Shown here: positions 49,143-59,800 of the stretch, in pieces
Layout of the letters: each line of letters opens with the position of its first letter
Position numbering within the stretch: position 1 is the stretch's first letter
Virus record (IMG/VR): IMGVR_UViG_3300021425_000027
Span: 5,363 to 69,362 of that record
Length of the DNA: 64,000 bases
Origin: a virus
Direction: 5' to 3' (one strand)
Notes under the pieces: model-generated
The model's database searches: none
The model's input: only the letters and a program-made list of their open reading frames with translations
What the model was told of the DNA's origin: nothing
Program-made: the position numbers and the translations under genes

Positions 49143-49398
49143 TTACATTCTAACTGAAGAAATACCACAAGAAACTAAAACTAAGAGTGGGTTGTGGATC
49201 CCTGAAGAAAAGTATAATCGTAAAGCATTAGTGATAGAAGCACCAGAAGGTTTAGAAGTTAAAAAGGGGGATAAGATAATAAAAACAATAGGCAAAGGAA
49301 CGGAGTATACCTTTAATGATAAGAAATATGAAATCTTACATATAAACCACGTTTTAGCCGTAATAACAGAAGATGCCACAGAAACCTCAAGCACCTAG
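49126..49398 (+). CDS. groES: Co-chaperonin GroES-like (gp31 analogue)
   Basis: DYIL, ETKTKSGLWIP, VKKGDKI, GTE and ILHINHVLAVI. Confidence 0.75.
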   Translation: MKMKNDYILTEEIPQETKTKSGLWIPEEKYNRKALVIEAPEGLEVKKGDKIIKTIGKGTEYTFNDKKYEILHINHVLAVITEDATETSST

Positions 49399-51190
49399 TG
49401 CAGGATTTGAATTTACTATAGGTAAAGCCCAACAGTCTTTTTCATGGACTAGTGAAAAGGTAGAACAGCTTATGCTTGCTCTTGAGGAAGGTTATAAGCC
49501 GAAGTCAACTCCATTTTATGAAGGTAATCCTAATTTAAGAAAGGGGAATATTGTATATCAGTATACCTCACACGAATTAAAGGAAATCAAAAAATGCGCA
49601 ACTGATATAGTATATTTTGCAAATACCTATTGTACTGTAATGACTGATCACGGTTTACAGACAATTGAATTAAGACCTTATCAGGAGGATATGTTAAGGC
49701 AATTTCAAGCAGAGAGATTTAATATTTGTTTGGCAAGTAGGCAGGTTGGTAAAACAATATGTTCTTCAATTTTTATTGCATGGTATGTTCTTTTTAACTT
49801 TGATAAGAATGCATTAGTACTTTCAAACAAAGGTGCAACTACAAGAGAGATTATTGATAAAGGAAAAACTATCTTGGAGCATTTACCTTTCTTTCTAAAA
49901 CCAGGCGTTCTTAAATGGGATGTATTTAATTCTAAATTTGATAATGGCTGTAGAATAATTGGTCAAACTACAACTAAGAAAGCGGCAATTGGTTTTACTA
50001 TTCACTTATTGTTCATGGATGAGTTTGCTCACATACCCCAAAACTTTGTAGAAACCTTTTATGAAAACGTATATCCTACAGTATCTGCTTCTTCAAACTC
50101 AAAGGTTATTATTACTAGTACACCTAATGGGTTCAATAAGTTTTATGACATCTATTCGGCTGCCGAATCTGGTTTAAGTGAATATACCCCATTTAGGGTT
50201 GATTGGTGGGATGTCCCTGGTAGAGATGAAGCATGGATGCGACAAGAAGTTGCTAATTTAGGAAGTGAGGAAGCATTTAATAGACAATATGGAAATCAAT
50301 TTATTGCAAGCTCATCTCTTTTGCTAGGCGCGGACAGTCTTAAAAAATTAACCGAAAATCAAATTGAATTTGTTCACCGTGAAATGGTAGAATTTGAAGA
50401 TGAAGACGTTAACTATGACGGTTTACTTTGGGATCCAAACTTTAATTTAGAAGAGTGTGAAGAAGACACTAACTATTGGTGTTTTTCGGTTGATATTGCT
50501 GAAGGTACTGGTGGTGATTATTCTATTATTAATATCTTTAAAGTAGAAATCATGGATGAGAAGGATTGGTCAAAAGTATCATCACCTGGTAGTTTTATTG
50601 ATTTTTATAGAATTAGACAAGTTGGTAGATTTAGAAGTAATGAGCATACTATTGAAGAATTTGCAAAGTCTCTTTACATTTTAGCATATGATATTTTCAA
50701 CTCGGAAAATGTAAAACTAATCATAGAATGGAATTTATTTGGTGGTGAATTAATAAAAAGGTTAGAAACCGTATTTCCACAAAGAAATGATTTTGATGAA
50801 GAGGCTGTTGTAAAATTTAAACACCGTATAGATGCAAGGACAAAACAATTTGGATTAAAAGTTAAAAAAGATAATAAGCCAATATTCTGTCAAAATTTTA
50901 AAAAGTACATAGCACAGAATAAGATAATAATAAAGGATAAGAATACTGTATATGAAGCTTCAACTTTTGGTAAAATGCCAAACGGTTCATATGCAGGGCA
51001 GTTAGGACATGATGATTTAATAATGACATGTATTAATAGTTCTGAATTCTTTTTTACATTAGATTTTTCTGATTTTGCTGAAGAGATTCATGATGAGATA
51101 GATCAAATTATTCAAGATAAGATTGATGTTATCTTAGAGCGAGACGCAAAGGGAGGACAACTGAATTTTGATATCTACGACCTGGTATAA
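49373..51190 (+). CDS. Terminase large subunit (gp17-like)
   Basis: LRPYQ, ASRQVGKT, FMDEFAH, ITSTPNG.N.FY, VDIAEGTGGDYS and HDDLIM. Confidence 0.95.
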   Translation: MPQKPQAPSAGFEFTIGKAQQSFSWTSEKVEQLMLALEEGYKPKSTPFYEGNPNLRKGNIVYQYTSHELKEIKKCATDIVYFANTYCTVMTDHGLQTIELRPYQEDMLRQFQAERFNICLASRQVGKTICSSIFIAWYVLFNFDKNALVLSNKGATTREIIDKGKTILEHLPFFLKPGVLKWDVFNSKFDNGCRIIGQTTTKKAAIGFTIHLLFMDEFAHIPQNFVETFYENVYPTVSASSNSKVIITSTPNGFNKFYDIYSAAESGLSEYTPFRVDWWDVPGRDEAWMRQEVANLGSEEAFNRQYGNQFIASSSLLLGADSLKKLTENQIEFVHREMVEFEDEDVNYDGLLWDPNFNLEECEEDTNYWCFSVDIAEGTGGDYSIINIFKVEIMDEKDWSKVSSPGSFIDFYRIRQVGRFRSNEHTIEEFAKSLYILAYDIFNSENVKLIIEWNLFGGELIKRLETVFPQRNDFDEEAVVKFKHRIDARTKQFGLKVKKDNKPIFCQNFKKYIAQNKIIIKDKNTVYEASTFGKMPNGSYAGQLGHDDLIMTCINSSEFFFTLDFSDFAEEIHDEIDQIIQDKIDVILERDAKGGQLNFDIYDLV

Positions 51191-51207
51191 AAAGTTATAG
51201 GTTGGTG

Positions 51208-51217
51208 GATATATAAA
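51208..51217 (+). promoter_or_regulatory. Late-type promoter GATATATAAA
   Basis: Upstream of the tail sheath gene. Confidence 0.6.
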
Positions 51218-51244
51218 AAAAGCAAATAAAAAAAATAATATAAG

Positions 51245-54200
51245 ATGGCACTAGATCCAAAAATCGCTTCGATTAAAGCTGCAGGAACTTATAGATTTGA
51301 ATTTGACAAGTCTCAAGTTGTTAGTATTCCTGCTAATCAGACCAGATTAATTGTCGGTTTCTCTAAAACAGGACCTTTTAATACTCCGGTATTTATTCCT
51401 GACACCGCATTCTTTAAACAAGTTTACGGCGATATTGATAGAAACTTAGAAAGAAAGGATTCATTTTTCCACAGAAGCTGTTTAGCTGCATTGGAAAGAG
51501 GACCTATTCTTGCTCTTAATCTTCTTAACTTAGATTCTACTGATCAAGTAGAATACATTAAATTTGGTACTTCTGCAACCCCAGAGGCTCAGGCTAATGG
51601 TGGTGCAATGGGAGAATACCAAAAATTTTATAATAGAGATAAATTCTTCTATCCAGATTCTGATGCATTCCTAGATAATGTAAATGCAAACAGAACAACA
51701 TTAAGTTCTACCACAACTAATGATTTATTAGACATGGTAAACTTAGGACAAAATCCTTTATCAGTTATTGTAAGAAAGGCATCAGCTGCAAATTCAACAG
51801 GATTCAATGTAACAGTTGAAGAATGGTATGGAGCTGCTAATGTACCAGGTTTCTTGGATAAGAATAGTTTAGTATCAGACTTCTTGGTTGATATCTTTGT
51901 AATTGGTGGAAACTTCGGTGGAGACTTTAATTCTGCAACACCTTACGAAAGATTTGCAGCAGATCCAATATTCCAAACATACTTTGATAAAACACAAGGT
52001 TTAAAGAGAAGAGTATTTGATTCTGATGCAACTGATACTAAGATTGCAGAATTCTTTAATGAGTCTGAGGTTGATCTGATTGCAACTTACACTGCTTCTC
52101 TTATTCCTGATTTTGTAGATTTAATTGGTAATAACCTTTTCGTAGAAAAAGTTGTTAATGCAGATACTGCGTCTACTGGATTATTTGTTACAGTTAATGA
52201 GGATCTCTTTAGCGGAGACTTTTTAATTGACGGTGTTGCTGGTGGTCTTGATCTCATTGGTCATAATTTAGAATATACTCAAGCAACTTCTTTACAGGAT
52301 GATGTAAACTTCTTATCTTACAGCGGTGCTGTTGTATCCGACGTAAATTATGCAAGAGCCGCCACTGTCCCTAATACAGTTACACAAGGTACAGAATTAA
52401 TTTCCGTTACGACTGTTTCTAGTGGAGATATTCAAATTCAAATACAAGGAACTGCAGGTGATTCATTCTTTGATGCATTTGCTAATATGACTGCAAATAG
52501 TTCAGCTGTTGTAGGTACTTATATTTTTGATTCTGTTATTTCAAAATATGTTCCTGTAATATCTCACCAAGTTGTTGGAAATACAGTTACATTATTACTT
52601 TCTTCTGTTGGTGGAGTTACTGATACTGACTTCCCTACAACTGCTGCAACCTACACTTATATAAACGAAGGTGACTTTGGGTTTGTTACTGATGAATTAC
52701 CTTTAGCTAATTCAACCGCAGGAATTATAGGTTCTTATGGATCTACCTTATATAGCCAATTCTCAAACGGTACTCTTACTGATGGGGATGAAGCTGTATA
52801 TGAAGTAGGTGGGATTCAATATACTTCTTACTTAGTATTTAATGCTGTAGATTACGGATCTATTCATGTAGGAACACCAACATCAGCTGTTAATACTGTT
52901 GCAATATCTGACCCGGCATATAACTTGCCATCTGTTCAGATAATTCCTTACCAGGAAGATGCATTTAACACTTTGACTCCACATAATGAGTTTACTTTAG
53001 ATGGTACAGGATTCTTCTTAAACTCTGATGCCGTAGCATACGGGGCGAATATTTTAGGTATTCAAACTCTGAAAGGTGCAAATAACCTTTCTATTGATAT
53101 CTTGGCTGATTCATTAACTGAAACTGCTCTTAAGCCTAACCAAGTATTAATTGATGCTGCTAATCCTGATGCTGCTGATGTGGTTGTAGGTAACTACTTA
53201 GTACACTTTGAAGGTTCTGTTTCAGAACCACATTCAAGATTAACTAGAATTAATGTTGTACAGGGTGGTTTAACCAATTCAGAATATAGTACTATACCTG
53301 CAGGTAAAACTGCATTATTAGTTACTTGCCAAAGTGAAATTTCAATTTCTACTGCTGGTGGTATTAAAAAGGTTGAATTATATTACCCAATAGATTCATG
53401 GATTGATTACCTGAATATATTTACTTTAGATGGATTTAAGTTAGATAATACAAAGCACGTACCTAATGGAACTAACGAAAGACAGAATGCCATATTAAAC
53501 GGTACTCTTAACGGAACAAATTTATTTAAAGCATTAACTGATAGAGAAACTATTAACTTCAGATATTTAGTTGATACTTTTGGAAACGGTATTGAAAGTG
53601 GATCTAAATCCATTTATACTACATTATGTTCTACACGCAAAAACGCATTTGCACTGATTAATGCGCCTTCTGCTAAGGACTTTAAAAATAGTACCGATCC
53701 TTCGTTCTTAGATTTAACTGGATCTCTTTCTTCTAGATTTATTTCTACTGGAGGTGATCTTTCTAAGAACCCAACAGTTAGATTCTCGTTACCTTCACCA
53801 ACCGAAGGTGCAAGTTGGGGAGCATTCTATTACCCATTCATTACCGTTAGGGATTTAGGTAAGAACATCAATGTTGTACCTGCCCCTTATGTTTCTAATA
53901 ACTTTATTGCAAAGTATGAAAATGCTTTACCATGGTCATTAGTTGCAGGTGTTCGTAGAGGTGTTGTAGGAGGAACTGGTGTTGTAGGACTAGAGCTGAA
54001 TCTTGGAAAAGAGGACAGAGAATACTTAGAGCCATTTGGATTAAATCCAATTGTATTCCAAAGTGGAACTGGTCCAACAATCTTTGCTAACAAAACGGCA
54101 CAACAGGTTACTAAATCTGCATTAAGCTCAATCAATGTTAGAGAAGTTGTAATTTACATCCAAGATGGTATAGAAGCAATTTTGAAAAACTATCTGTTTG

Positions 54201-54451
54201 AATTTAATACAGCCCAGACTAGATTGGAAATTAAAACGCTTGCTGATAACTTCTTATCAACGGTTCAAAATGATGATGGTGTTTACGATTTTAAAAACGT
54301 AATGGATGAAACCAATAACACACCAGAAGTTATTGATCAAAATGTAGGTATCTTAGATACATACATTGAGCCAGTGAGAGGAATGGAAATTCTCGTACAG
54401 AGAACTACAATTCTTAAAACAGGTGCTATTAGCTCAGGAAACTTCCAATAA
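51245..54451 (+). CDS. Contractile tail sheath protein (gp18-like) with large insertions
   Basis: AGTYRFEFDKS, VGFSKTGPFNTP, PW...AG.RRG, LNPI, NKT, SALSSINVRE, FEFNT..TR, DETNNTPEVID and IEPVRGME. Confidence 0.93.
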   Translation: MALDPKIASIKAAGTYRFEFDKSQVVSIPANQTRLIVGFSKTGPFNTPVFIPDTAFFKQVYGDIDRNLERKDSFFHRSCLAALERGPILALNLLNLDSTDQVEYIKFGTSATPEAQANGGAMGEYQKFYNRDKFFYPDSDAFLDNVNANRTTLSSTTTNDLLDMVNLGQNPLSVIVRKASAANSTGFNVTVEEWYGAANVPGFLDKNSLVSDFLVDIFVIGGNFGGDFNSATPYERFAADPIFQTYFDKTQGLKRRVFDSDATDTKIAEFFNESEVDLIATYTASLIPDFVDLIGNNLFVEKVVNADTASTGLFVTVNEDLFSGDFLIDGVAGGLDLIGHNLEYTQATSLQDDVNFLSYSGAVVSDVNYARAATVPNTVTQGTELISVTTVSSGDIQIQIQGTAGDSFFDAFANMTANSSAVVGTYIFDSVISKYVPVISHQVVGNTVTLLLSSVGGVTDTDFPTTAATYTYINEGDFGFVTDELPLANSTAGIIGSYGSTLYSQFSNGTLTDGDEAVYEVGGIQYTSYLVFNAVDYGSIHVGTPTSAVNTVAISDPAYNLPSVQIIPYQEDAFNTLTPHNEFTLDGTGFFLNSDAVAYGANILGIQTLKGANNLSIDILADSLTETALKPNQVLIDAANPDAADVVVGNYLVHFEGSVSEPHSRLTRINVVQGGLTNSEYSTIPAGKTALLVTCQSEISISTAGGIKKVELYYPIDSWIDYLNIFTLDGFKLDNTKHVPNGTNERQNAILNGTLNGTNLFKALTDRETINFRYLVDTFGNGIESGSKSIYTTLCSTRKNAFALINAPSAKDFKNSTDPSFLDLTGSLSSRFISTGGDLSKNPTVRFSLPSPTEGASWGAFYYPFITVRDLGKNINVVPAPYVSNNFIAKYENALPWSLVAGVRRGVVGGTGVVGLELNLGKEDREYLEPFGLNPIVFQSGTGPTIFANKTAQQVTKSALSSINVREVVIYIQDGIEAILKNYLFEFNTAQTRLEIKTLADNFLSTVQNDDGVYDFKNVMDETNNTPEVIDQNVGILDTYIEPVRGMEILVQRTTILKTGAISSGNFQ

Positions 54452-54466
54452 GAAAAACTGAAAGAG

Positions 54467-54476
54467 AATATATAAA
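54467..54476 (+). promoter_or_regulatory. Late-type promoter AATATATAAA
   Basis: Upstream of the tail tube gene. Confidence 0.6.
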
Positions 54477-54490
54477 AAAAATAAAATAAT

Positions 54491-55054
54491 ATGCCACTAC
54501 CACATTATACCCAATCAAGGGCCAGTAGCCAAAGGTACGAACCTATTCAGCCTAACCTATTTGAGGTGACTGTATTTTCACCGCTAGGGGATGATACGGG
54601 TTTAATCTTGGAACAAGTTAAAACTATCGGAGGATTAAATAATCTTAACCCTTCAGTAGATGCAGTAGGTCAGAAATATAAATTTGCTGATCGTTCATTT
54701 GCAGGTATGCCAGGACAGACATTCTTGGATCTTACCATTAATTTCAGCTTAAACTTAAACGAAGCAAATGAAAACTATATTTACAATACATTCCGTAATT
54801 GGTATAAATTAACTTATGATCCATTAACTGGTGAAATGGGATTGAAGAAGGATTATGTTGGAAGTATGATTATCGTACAATATAACAGAGCAGGTGATAT
54901 TTTCAGAAAGATTACTTGTAAAGATGTATTCCCAACAGGACAACCTGATTTTGTAGATGAATTAAATTATGAAACTCCAGATCCTAGTGATTTAACAATG
55001 ACTTATCGTTGTGATCACTGGGTTGAAGAAAATGTTGGAGCTACAAATCTTTAA
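54491..55054 (+). CDS. Tail tube protein (gp19-like)
   Basis: Follows the sheath gene; NLFEV, R.FAG, FRNW, GLKKDY, QYNRAG, VFP and T.RCDHW. Confidence 0.85.
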   Translation: MPLPHYTQSRASSQRYEPIQPNLFEVTVFSPLGDDTGLILEQVKTIGGLNNLNPSVDAVGQKYKFADRSFAGMPGQTFLDLTINFSLNLNEANENYIYNTFRNWYKLTYDPLTGEMGLKKDYVGSMIIVQYNRAGDIFRKITCKDVFPTGQPDFVDELNYETPDPSDLTMTYRCDHWVEENVGATNL

Positions 55055-55071
55055 TATCTAAATTTAACTTT

Positions 55072-55099
55072 AAAAACTGGCCTTATGGCCAGTTTTTTT
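55072..55099 (+). terminator. Rho-independent terminator
   Basis: aaaaactggcc-ttat-ggccagttttttt. Confidence 0.85.
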
Positions 55100-55141
55100 G
55101 TCATCACTCTAATATATAATATAAATTATATAATCTAAATT

Positions 55142-55609
55142 ATGACTATCTTTAAAGTAGAAAATACAACAGATGGAAAAGTCTATGTAGGTTACTCAAT
55201 TAATGACAATCCTAATAATTTAGGATCAGGTAAATACATTAAAAGAGCAGTTAAAGATTTTGGAGTAAGATCCTTTATTAAAACTACATTAGAAGAATTT
55301 GAGCAAGATGAATCATTAGGGCATATAATGGAGAGAGTTGAACATTGGATTAAAAAATTCAAAGCAGACAATCCAAAATATGGTTATAATGAAAGCGTTC
55401 AAGAAATGATTCCACAGAAAAAAAGACTTACTAAAAAATTACAAGTTCTTTTAACGCCTGAGGATGAAGATAATTTAAATGCTATTATCATTAGAAAATC
55501 AATGGAATCAAAAACAAAACCAATTGCTGTTTCACGATATGTTAGACAGCTAATAGTAAAACATATCGTAGAAGAAACAACTACAGAAAAACAATTAACA
55601 AAAAATTAA
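55142..55609 (+). CDS. Degenerate GIY-YIG (Seg-like) domain fused to a ribbon-helix-helix-like domain
   Basis: TIFKVEN...KVYVG, LGSG..IKRAVK.FG and GYN. The C-terminus has KKLQVLLT.E...VSRYVRQLI. Confidence 0.65.
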   Translation: MTIFKVENTTDGKVYVGYSINDNPNNLGSGKYIKRAVKDFGVRSFIKTTLEEFEQDESLGHIMERVEHWIKKFKADNPKYGYNESVQEMIPQKKRLTKKLQVLLTPEDEDNLNAIIIRKSMESKTKPIAVSRYVRQLIVKHIVEETTTEKQLTKN

Positions 55610-55616
55610 GTAAATT

Positions 55617-56621
55617 ATGAGCAGTCACGAGGACAATATTAAAAAAGAATTTGAAGCAGCAGAAGGTATTCAAGATGCAGAGGCTACTGTTAAGAGTAAT
55701 GATGATAGTGTAATAACCGAACTTGGTAAAGTAGATACTAGCAGAGGTATGGGTATTACATCACCAGATGATCCTGAAATTAAAAGAATTCAATCATTGG
55801 CAGGATATATTAAATTAGACCTAACACAATTTCCATCAAAGGGTCGTTTTTATAGAGAAGATTTTGAAATCCATATTAGAGCAGCGAGAGTTGGTGAGGT
55901 TAGGGATTTTTCAACAGTAGATGAAGAAAATATCTTAGACGTGGATGAGAAGTTAAATTCTATGTTAGTTAATTGTACTAAGATAATGTATGGAACACAG
56001 AGGGGTTCTTATCGTGATATTTTAGAAGAAGATAGAATATACTTAATTTTGGCTATCAGAGAATTAACGTTTAAAAATGGTGAAAATAAATTAATGATGC
56101 CGGTTGGTAAAAAGAAATGTTCAAGCCCAACATGTAAGTCTCAAGAATCTGTTGAACTTACAACGTCTAATTTACAATTTCACCAAGAAGATGAATTGTT
56201 AGAAAAATACTATGATTATCAAAATAAGTGTTATACAGTCCCTACTAAAAAACATGGGGAGTTAACAATAGCCCCACCTACTATCGGTGTCATGAGAGCT
56301 ATTACTGATTGGATACGAAAACGCGAAGAGGAAAATAAATCTTGGGATAAGTCATCCTTAACAGTATTACCTTATGTACAAAGAGAATGGAGAGGATTTA
56401 ATTCTAATGAAATCTTTTCTAAAATAACTGAATTTCAAGGTTGGGATTCGAGTAAATATTCAATTATTTATAGACTTGTAGAAAAAGCTAAAATTGGAGT
56501 CAAGCCAGAATTTGTCTATCCATGTGAAAGTTGTGATGCGGAGGTCACAGTCCCGCTTTCCTTTCCCGGCGGCGTCAAGGCTCTCTTTATTATTCAGGAT
56601 ATCACTTCTGAACTTCTTTAA
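55617..56621 (+). CDS. Baseplate hub / tail assembly chaperone (gp26/gp51-like)
   Basis: FPSKG.FY, IRA, DRIYLILAIRELT, CxxxxC and CESC; located just before the tape measure gene. Confidence 0.7.
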   Translation: MSSHEDNIKKEFEAAEGIQDAEATVKSNDDSVITELGKVDTSRGMGITSPDDPEIKRIQSLAGYIKLDLTQFPSKGRFYREDFEIHIRAARVGEVRDFSTVDEENILDVDEKLNSMLVNCTKIMYGTQRGSYRDILEEDRIYLILAIRELTFKNGENKLMMPVGKKKCSSPTCKSQESVELTTSNLQFHQEDELLEKYYDYQNKCYTVPTKKHGELTIAPPTIGVMRAITDWIRKREEENKSWDKSSLTVLPYVQREWRGFNSNEIFSKITEFQGWDSSKYSIIYRLVEKAKIGVKPEFVYPCESCDAEVTVPLSFPGGVKALFIIQDITSELL

Positions 56622-56868
56622 GGTTAGAGTTTTATTATTAGAAAAGTTGCATCTCCAGCCATCTGAGTTGGATTTGCTACCTTTCTATGAATATGAGTAT
56701 ACTTTGGAAATGTTTAACGACATAATAAAGGAGCGCAATGATCAAGAAGGGCAAGCATCTACTTCTGCTGAGGAAAAATATAATGTTAGTGGCATGAAAA
56801 AACAAATGAAAAACATGTCTTCATTTAAAACACCATCAATGCCTAAAATAAGCCTGCCTAAGTTCTAA
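56563..56868 (+). CDS. +1-frame extension of the tail assembly chaperone (G/GT-like)
   Basis: The overlapping frame ISLLNFFK...LHLQPSELDLLPFYEYE has no ATG before 56710. Candidate shift sites are TCC TTT CCC and CTT TAA. Confidence 0.6.
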   Translation, partial: FPAASRLSLLFRISLLNFFKVRVLLLEKLHLQPSELDLLPFYEYEYTLEMFNDIIKERNDQEGQASTSAEEKYNVSGMKKQMKNMSSFKTPSMPKISLPKF

Positions 56869-56878
56869 TAAATATACT

Positions 56879-59800
56879 ATGGCAGCTATAACTCTTAAAG
56901 ACTTAATGGGTCCTCTATCAAAGATGGAGGCTTATGCAAATGAAACAAATGAAAGCATCAAAAAAATTGAAGAATTCATTATTCATGGCATGGGATCAAG
57001 AGGTAGTAATCCAGGCGATGCTTTAAATCAGCAAATACTCCAAACTAATGTTCAACAGTTAGCGGCCGTACAAGAGACTAATAATATTTTAAGAAATCTT
57101 CTTGCAGTAACTATCGGAGAAGCCGAACAAACTAAAAGTTTCACATTCCAGCGATTAAGAGATAGGGCTTTTGACCGATTGGCAGGGAGTAAAGATTCTA
57201 AAAACTTAGATAAAATTGCTGCTGCTCTTGCTGATAATAATAATAATAAAAAATCTAAAGTAAAAACCGGTAAAGTTAAAGGTGATGGTGCACAGGCGTT
57301 AAAAGATTTAGGTATGGGTGCCTTACTTACAGGTAAAGCTATGCTCATATGGTCAATAGTTCCTAAAAAGGCTGTTGATAAATTTTTAGATTTTGTTGTT
57401 AAGTCTTTTGAAAAGTTTGAACAATTTAATGTTAAGAAGGTTCAGAGAGGTATAGATGCATTAGATTTAATGGGCGATGCAATTATTAAATTTTCTGTGG
57501 CCTTAGCGGTATCAACACCTTTAATACTAGTGGGACTTATAGGTTTACCTATTCTCATTCCAACGCTCTTTTTTATGGGAGGGATTTTTTCTATATTAGG
57601 TAGTAAAAAGTTTTCACAAAGAGTTAAGAGAGGGGCTAAATCCGTTGATATAATGGGTGATGCTATACTTTCGTTTGGTTTAGGACTTGCTGCATTTGCT
57701 TTAGCATCAGCAATTGTATTAGCCCAACCTCTGTTACTTGTTAGCATGGTCGGTTCTCTATTACTTATAGGTGGAGCCGTTGCACTATTAGGTAATAAGA
57801 AAATGTCTAAGGAACTTAGAGAAGGGGCAGGTACATTAAGTATTTTAGGATTAGGTATTGCAGTATTTGGATTAGGATATGCTGTATTTGCTTCTTCGTT
57901 TCCATCTAATGTAGGTCTTGGTACTATTCTGCTACAAGGTGCAGCTATTCTTGCTGTGGGCGTATCATCAGCATTAGTCGGTAAATTTGGGTATACAAAT
58001 ATTTTACAAGGTGCGTTGGCATTAGCTGTCAATGGTTTAGGATTACTTGTATTTAATATGGGTTATGTACCATTTGCTGATGCTACAAAGGGGATGTCAC
58101 TAGGGGATATTCTAATACAGAGTGGAGTCTTAGTAGCAGTCGGTGGTGTAATGGCATTAGCTGGGCTTGCTGTTGCTGGTTCAATGGGTGCGGTTTTATT
58201 AGGCCCTGTTTTATTTGGTGCTGCAGGTGGTGCATTATTGCTTTTAGCACCAGGTCTTAAAGCAATGAAGGATCTTAAATATACAGAAAAAGATTCTAAA
58301 GAACTTGCAACTACATTAGGTGCTGTTGCTATGGCATTCTCTGGTGTTAACCCTGACTCCGGTGTGTTTGGGATGATTGGTGGATTGTTTACTCGGGTTG
58401 TGCAGAGTGGCGGTGGACTTATTGCAGCCCAAATGTATGCTACTGCCGGTTCAGCATTGCAGGAATTATCTAAAGGATTATCTGCATTTAAGGATGTAGG
58501 ATTTACTGAAGAAGATTCAAAAGAACTTGCAATAGCTTTAGGTGCAGTCAGTGGTGCATTCGCACAAGCCGGTGGAGAACCAGCCAGCCCTGGTGGTTTG
58601 TTTGGAGCAGTCTTTGGAAATACATTTAGCCCTAACGCCACTGAAAGAGGTATTGATTCTGTAATGGATTCAGGTAAAGCTCTAAATTCAATAGTTGAAG
58701 GTCTTGCTTCATTCTTAGATCTTAAGAAAAAATATAAATTAGACGGAGATGCATTTAAAGATGGCGGCTATCTTAATACTTCTATAACCGAAACATTAGG
58801 TTTCTTAAATAGTGCTTTTGCTGCGATTGGTAGTAATGAAACTTCAGACTCTGCTTTATTTGGTTTATTCCAATGGGATGAAAATAATGTGGAAAAAGGT
58901 ATTGACGCTGTTAAGGGTTCCGGTAAAGCTCTTAATGATATTGTTGATGGTTTAGGCGGATTCCTTGATTTAAAAAATAAGTACGGTCTAACCTCTGATT
59001 CATTTAAAAGTGATGGCTTTTTGGCTGTAGCTATTAAAGATACTTTAGGTTTTGTTAGTAAAGCATTTGCTACAATTGGTGGTAAAGAAGTGGAAGATGG
59101 ATGGGGTCCATTTAGCTGGGATGAGAATTTGGTTGAAAAGGGGATTAATGCAGTTAAAGGTGCTGGTACAGAATTAACAAATATAGCAACAGGTCTTAAA
59201 ACATTCCAAGACTTAGTGAAGCAAGAAGTAGACTTTGCAAAAGATGGAGACTTAGCTAAAGCCGTGACTAATTCATTAACATTCGTTGGTGATGCATTTG
59301 CTGTAATTGGTGGCAAGGAAGAAAAGGATGGTTGGTTTATGTTTAGTTGGGATGAGAATTTGGTTGAAAAGGGGGTTAATGCAGTTAGAGGAGCTGGTAC
59401 AGAATTAACAAATATAGCAACGGGACTTAAATCTTTCATAGATCTTGTAGATAGTGAAATTGATTTTGAGCCTACCGGTAAACTTGCAAAGGCTATAAAA
59501 AATTCGTTAACTTTAGTTGGTAATGCATTTGCTGTAATTGGTGGTAAAGAAGTGGAAGCTGGTGGTTTGTTAATATCATGGGACCAAAATTTAGTTGAAA
59601 AAGGAATTGATGCAGTTGACGGTGCAGGTACAGCATTGACTGATATTGCAAAAGGTTTACAATCTTTTGCGGATTTAGAAAATCCTGGTGCTATTGCCAA
59701 AAGTATTGATACTTTATTTACATCTATAGGTGATACTTTTGCTAAGTATTATGATGATACCACATTCAGAACTGATTTAGATCATATGCAAGGTTTTATA

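Noticed and set aside
969-54135. Many short (60-150 aa) alternative-frame or antisense ORFs in the track, such as 969-1178, 7544-7855, 22172-22621 and 42567-42908
   Set aside because: They lie within well-supported genes and show no independent coding signal.
57052-59700. Long minus-strand ORFs (98-310 aa) opposite the tape measure gene
   Set aside because: Antisense shadows caused by Ala/Gly codon bias and repeats; no promoter or recognisable motifs.
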